Shown here piece after piece: positions 61,608 through 64,000 of a stretch of DNA of 64,000 nucleotides (the first letter of the stretch is position 1; each line of letters starts with the position of its first letter). The notes under the pieces were generated by a model. It saw only the letters and a program-made list of their open reading frames with translations. It searched no databases and had not been told where the DNA came from. A program made the translations under genes and the position numbers. This stretch comes from Gammaproteobacteria bacterium (GTDB taxonomy: Bacteria > Pseudomonadota > Gammaproteobacteria > Ga0077536), in contig CAXXLL010000003.1 in the NCBI GenBank assembly GCA_963662545.2, positions 640,001 to 704,000 of the forward strand, in the 5' to 3' direction.

Positions 61608-62813
61608 ATGACAAATGCGAAAGACGACGACCGGCCACTCGCCGGCATGCGTGTAATAGAGGTTGGCCAGCTACTGGCCGGCCCATTTGCGGGCACCATT
61701 CTCGGCTACTACGGCGCCGAAGTGATCAAGGTCGAATCACCGCCCGCCGGCGATCCCATTCGCGGTTGGCGCGAAGTCAAGAATGGCACCGCCTTGTGGT
61801 GGGCCAGCCTCGCCCGCAACAAGAAATGCGTGACGCTCGATCTAAAAAGCGAACGCGGCCGTGAACTGTTGCGCGACCTCGTCGCCACCGCCGACGTGTT
61901 CATCGAGAACTTCCGCCCCGGCACCATGGAAAAATGGGGCTTGGGCCCGGCGGATTTCAAGGCGCGCAATCCGGGGCTAATCTATACCCGCATTTCCGGT
62001 TACGGACAGACCGGACCGTATGCGCCCAAGCCCGGCTTCGCCTCCGTGTGCGAAGCGTTCGGGGGTTTCCGCTACATCAACGGATTTCCGGGCGGTCCCC
62101 CGGTGCGTCCCAATCTCAGCATCGGCGACACCCTAGCCGGTATCCACGCCGCGATGGGCGTGCTGCTCGCCATTATCAGCCGCCAACGGGACGGCGAGGG
62201 CCAGGTCGTGGACGTCGCGATCTTCGAGGCGATATTCAACCTGCTCGAAGGCGTGATTCCGGAGTACGACGGCGCCGGCGTCATTCGCCAACCTTCGGGT
62301 TCGACCATCACCGGCATCGTCCCGTCGAATACCTACCGCTGCAAGGACGACAAACTGATCGTCATCGGCGCCAATACCCAATCGATGTTCAAACGCCTGG
62401 CCGAAACGATGGGTCGGCCACAGATGGCCGAAGATCCCCGCTTCGCCGACAACGCCGGGCGAGTTGAACACCAGGAAGAAGTGGACAGCACCATCGAACA
62501 GTGGACGCTCGGCCTGACCTCGCCCGATGCGCTTGATCTGCTCGACCAGGCGGGCGTCGCCGCCGGACCCATTTACGACGTTAAGGACATGTTTGCCGAT
62601 CCCCAGTTTCGAGCCCGCGGCTTGTTCGAGTTGGTCACGGTTGACGGCGAACCGTTGAACATACCCGCGATCATTCCGCAGCTAACGCGTACACCCGGCC
62701 GTACGGATTGGCCCGGCGCGGGCGTCGGCACGTCGAACGAGACCGTCTTCAAGGATATCCTCGGCCTCGCGGCCGAGGATATCGACGCGCTGCGCGCCGA
62801 AGGCGTCATTTGA
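61608..62813 (+). CDS. CaiB/BaiF family III CoA-transferase
   Basis: LAGP, GAEVIKVE, RNKK, ENFRPG, SIGDTLAG. Confidence 0.92.
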   Translation: MTNAKDDDRPLAGMRVIEVGQLLAGPFAGTILGYYGAEVIKVESPPAGDPIRGWREVKNGTALWWASLARNKKCVTLDLKSERGRELLRDLVATADVFIENFRPGTMEKWGLGPADFKARNPGLIYTRISGYGQTGPYAPKPGFASVCEAFGGFRYINGFPGGPPVRPNLSIGDTLAGIHAAMGVLLAIISRQRDGEGQVVDVAIFEAIFNLLEGVIPEYDGAGVIRQPSGSTITGIVPSNTYRCKDDKLIVIGANTQSMFKRLAETMGRPQMAEDPRFADNAGRVEHQEEVDSTIEQWTLGLTSPDALDLLDQAGVAAGPIYDVKDMFADPQFRARGLFELVTVDGEPLNIPAIIPQLTRTPGRTDWPGAGVGTSNETVFKDILGLAAEDIDALRAEGVI

Positions 62814-62815
62814 AC

Positions 62816-63235
62816 ATGGCCACCGATGACGGCGGTCTGCGTCGCCTGTTTGCCTACGGCAGCTTGATGGTGCCGGCCGTGTGGCAGGCTGTGTGCGGCG
62901 TTCCGGCGTTACAGCGACCCGCGACACTCACGGGGTATGCACGGTTTCGGGTCCGCGGCCAGCACTTTCCCGGGATCATGCCGGTCACGGGCGCGACGAC
63001 CGAAGGCGTATTGATCGACGACATCGACGATGCCCTCTGGCGCCTGCTCGACGAATTCGAAAGCACCTTCTACGAGCGCCTTGTCGTCGCGGTCGAGACG
63101 CCGGAAGCACCGGTGCTCGCCACCTGCGCCTACGTCATGGCGGCTGCCCACCGTCAGGGTCTGACCCGCGAGCGCTGGACGCCGGAGCGCTTTACCGCCG
63201 ATCACCTCGATGCCTACCTCGCCCGCTACGCCTGA
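62816..63235 (+). CDS. Gamma-glutamylcyclotransferase (AIG2-like) family protein
   Basis: LFAYGSLM, LDEFE. Confidence 0.82.
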   Translation: MATDDGGLRRLFAYGSLMVPAVWQAVCGVPALQRPATLTGYARFRVRGQHFPGIMPVTGATTEGVLIDDIDDALWRLLDEFESTFYERLVVAVETPEAPVLATCAYVMAAAHRQGLTRERWTPERFTADHLDAYLARYA

Positions 63236-63782
63236 GTCGCCCGTCGAGATTCGAACCGTCGGTCATAGCAACCGCAGCGCTGCGGCCTTGATAAAGATCC
63301 TCGCATGTCACCAGGTCGAGCAACTGGTCGACGTCCGGGCCTACCCGCGTTCCAGGCGACACCCACAGTTCAGCCGTAAAACGCTGGAACGGGCGCTCGC
63401 CGAGGTCAACATCGAATACGTCTGGTGGGGCGACAGTCTCGGCGGGTTCCGCAAGCCGCGCGCCGACTCGGTTCATACAGCGCTCAGCGAAGCAGGGTTT
63501 CGCGGCTTTGCCGATTACATGGCGACGGCCGTGTTCACAGACGCCATCGAGGCCCTGATCGATCTGGCGGCGGCCCGGCGAATTACCGTCATGTGCGCCG
63601 AAGCGGATTACCGCTCGTGCCATCGCCGTTTTATTTCCGACGCGCTGATCCTGCGCGCGGTGCGCGTCCTGCATCTCACGGATATCGGAAAGGCGCTCGA
63701 ACACGAACTCAATCCCTGCCTCGGCGACGCACGCGATCGGCCGGTTTACAATAGAAACGTGCAAGGCGATCTCTTCGCTTAA
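63210..63782 (+). CDS. DUF488 family protein
   Basis: TVGHSNR, DVRAYPRSR, MCAEADYRSCHR. Confidence 0.85.
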   Translation: MPTSPATPESPVEIRTVGHSNRSAAALIKILACHQVEQLVDVRAYPRSRRHPQFSRKTLERALAEVNIEYVWWGDSLGGFRKPRADSVHTALSEAGFRGFADYMATAVFTDAIEALIDLAAARRITVMCAEADYRSCHRRFISDALILRAVRVLHLTDIGKALEHELNPCLGDARDRPVYNRNVQGDLFA

Positions 63783-63809
63783 ACCTTTCTTTGCAACCAG
63801 GAGTTCCGC

Positions 63810-64000
63810 ATGGCCCTACGCGATAGCATCATGGCGCTCGACATCCCGTTACCAGAACGCGGCGAACTGCCCGAAGACCTGCAGAAATATTTTGCGATCT
63901 GCGAGGAGAAGCTCGGCATGCTGCCGAACGTGCTCGCCGCCTACAGCCACGACGCCGAGCAGCTGCGGACGTTCTCGAAGTTCTACAACGTGCTCATGTT
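63810..64000 (+). CDS. Peroxidase-related / carboxymuconolactone decarboxylase-like protein (truncated by window end)
   Basis: CAGGAG RBS; MALRD...KYFAICEEKLGMLPNVLAAYS. Confidence 0.7.
   Translation, partial: MALRDSIMALDIPLPERGELPEDLQKYFAICEEKLGMLPNVLAAYSHDAEQLRTFSKFYNVLM

Overview
High-GC (roughly 60-63% by eye) bacterial chromosome segment with gammaproteobacterial gene order: alaC-hom-thrC-recJ-prfB-lysS, rng-yhdP, mnmA, acnA, nhaB, and hemW-rdgB-rph / yicC-gmk-rpoZ-spoT-recG-ubiA. I found no rRNA, tRNA, CRISPR array or transposase. Most notable: (1) an MNIO (DUF692) RiPP locus of the oxazolin/HvfABC type with a 7x EGKCG, Met-rich precursor; an FMN glutamate-synthase-like gene and a ThDP enzyme gene sit between the core and its DoxX gene, and a candidate ECF-sigma promoter lies upstream. 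(2) An intact GlgC paralogue lacking its catalytic motifs, translationally coupled to a lone glcD. (3) A candidate structured 5' leader RNA before nhaB. (4) Three CRP-like boxes before a GGDEF/degenerate-EAL gene. (5) A three-copy ~162-bp MITE family plus other palindromic elements. (6) A 31-aa membrane peptide missing from the ORF track. (7) A lower-GC islet with a frameshifted SDR and an RRM gene. All calls come from motif recognition by eye; no searches were run. Several start codons are my re-assignments.
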